Shown here: piece after piece, positions 63,459 through 64,000 of the stretch | How the letters are laid out: the number at the start of each line of letters is the position of its first letter | How positions within the stretch are numbered: position 1 is the first letter of the stretch | Source: Methanocaldococcus sp. 28A | GTDB lineage: Archaea > AGJL01 > Methanococci > Methanococcales > Methanocaldococcaceae | Assembly: GCA_049852185.1 (NCBI GenBank) | Contig: CP187540.1 | DNA length: 64,000 nt | Strand: one strand, 5' to 3' | The notes under the pieces: model-generated | What the model saw: the letters and a program-made list of their open reading frames with translations, nothing else | The model's database searches: none | What the model was told of the DNA's origin: nothing | Translations under genes and position numbers: made by a program

Positions 63459-63974
63459 ATGAATAAAAAATGTTTTTGCATATGTGGGAAAATATTTGCC
63501 TTAAATTTGTATGGAAAAAGATATTCTAAAAAAATCATAAAAAAGAGAGATTTAAAAAAATATAAGCTATATCTTCATCCTGCAGTTGCAGTTGATGGAA
63601 TTATAGTGAAAGATAATAAAATTCTATTAATAAAAAGAAAGAACAATCCATTTAAAGGCTGTTATGCCCTTCCAGGAGGATTTGTTGAATGTGGAGAAAC
63701 TGTTAAAGAGGCAGTTGTTAGAGAAATTAGAGAAGAAACTGGTTTAATCACAAAGGTAAAAAGTTTATTAGGTGTTTATTCTTCACCAGATAGAGACCCA
63801 AGAGGGCATGTTATCTCCATCGTCTTTATATTAGATGTTATAGGAGGAGAATTAAAAGCAGGAGATGATGCAAAAGAGGCAGAGTTTTTTGATTTAAATA
63901 ATCTTCCCAAATTAGCTTTTGACCATAAAAAAATAATTGAAGATTATAGTTATGTGCAAAACTATCTTAAATAA
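63459..63974 (+). CDS. Nudix hydrolase (ADP-ribose pyrophosphatase-like)
   Basis: Nudix box GGFVECGETVKEAVVREIREETG, DRDPRGH, LAFDH. Confidence 0.93.
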   Translation: MNKKCFCICGKIFALNLYGKRYSKKIIKKRDLKKYKLYLHPAVAVDGIIVKDNKILLIKRKNNPFKGCYALPGGFVECGETVKEAVVREIREETGLITKVKSLLGVYSSPDRDPRGHVISIVFILDVIGGELKAGDDAKEAEFFDLNNLPKLAFDHKKIIEDYSYVQNYLK

Positions 63975-64000
63975 AATAAGGTATTAAAGAATACTCCATA
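63945..64000. mobile_element. Family B element (runs off the window) overlapping the Nudix 3' end
   Basis: TATAGTTATGTGCAAAACTATCTTAAATAAAATAAGGTATTAAAGAATACTCCATA. Confidence 0.85.

Noticed and set aside
1618-63462. Many short antisense or overlapping ORFs in the track (e.g. 1618-2058, 6526-6837, 10579-10893, 32175-32459, 39484-39873, 55676-56062, 56669-57124, 62956-63462)
   Set aside because: Shadow frames of well-supported genes with S/F/I/L-rich antisense composition and no motifs

Overview
AT-rich archaeal chromosome segment, very probably Methanocaldococcus (Methanococcales), judged from gene content and GGTGA-type RBSs. Mostly housekeeping and methanogen genes: MCM, MCR component A2, proS, psmB, aCPSF1, tiaS, ycaO, nifB, mvk, aroE, a group 4 hydrogenase large subunit, thiC, arcS, carA and serA. 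The main accessory feature is a complete type I-B CRISPR-Cas locus (14.9-26.0 kb) with Cas6b and two minus-strand arrays of a 37-nt repeat (10 and 14 repeats). The arrays have duplicated 370-bp leaders, and one array+leader sits between cas5 and cas3. Most spacers read as sense coding sequence or RBS+start codon on the + strand, so the crRNAs would be antisense to mRNA, and four spacers are 45-51 nt long. Intergenic DNA holds at least three families of ~100-110 bp palindromic MITE/REP-like elements, some with compensatory arm changes and some supplying stop codons or C-termini. It also holds three relics of an IS200/IS605 tnpB-like element (two retain a GC-rich HgcC/omegaRNA-like structured RNA), relics of a SNF2 helicase and an IS5-like transposase, an ATPase gene apparently split by a ~27-kb inversion, and an HD-domain gene with an in-frame TAG. 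No tRNA or rRNA was recognised. All calls were made by eye without database searches.
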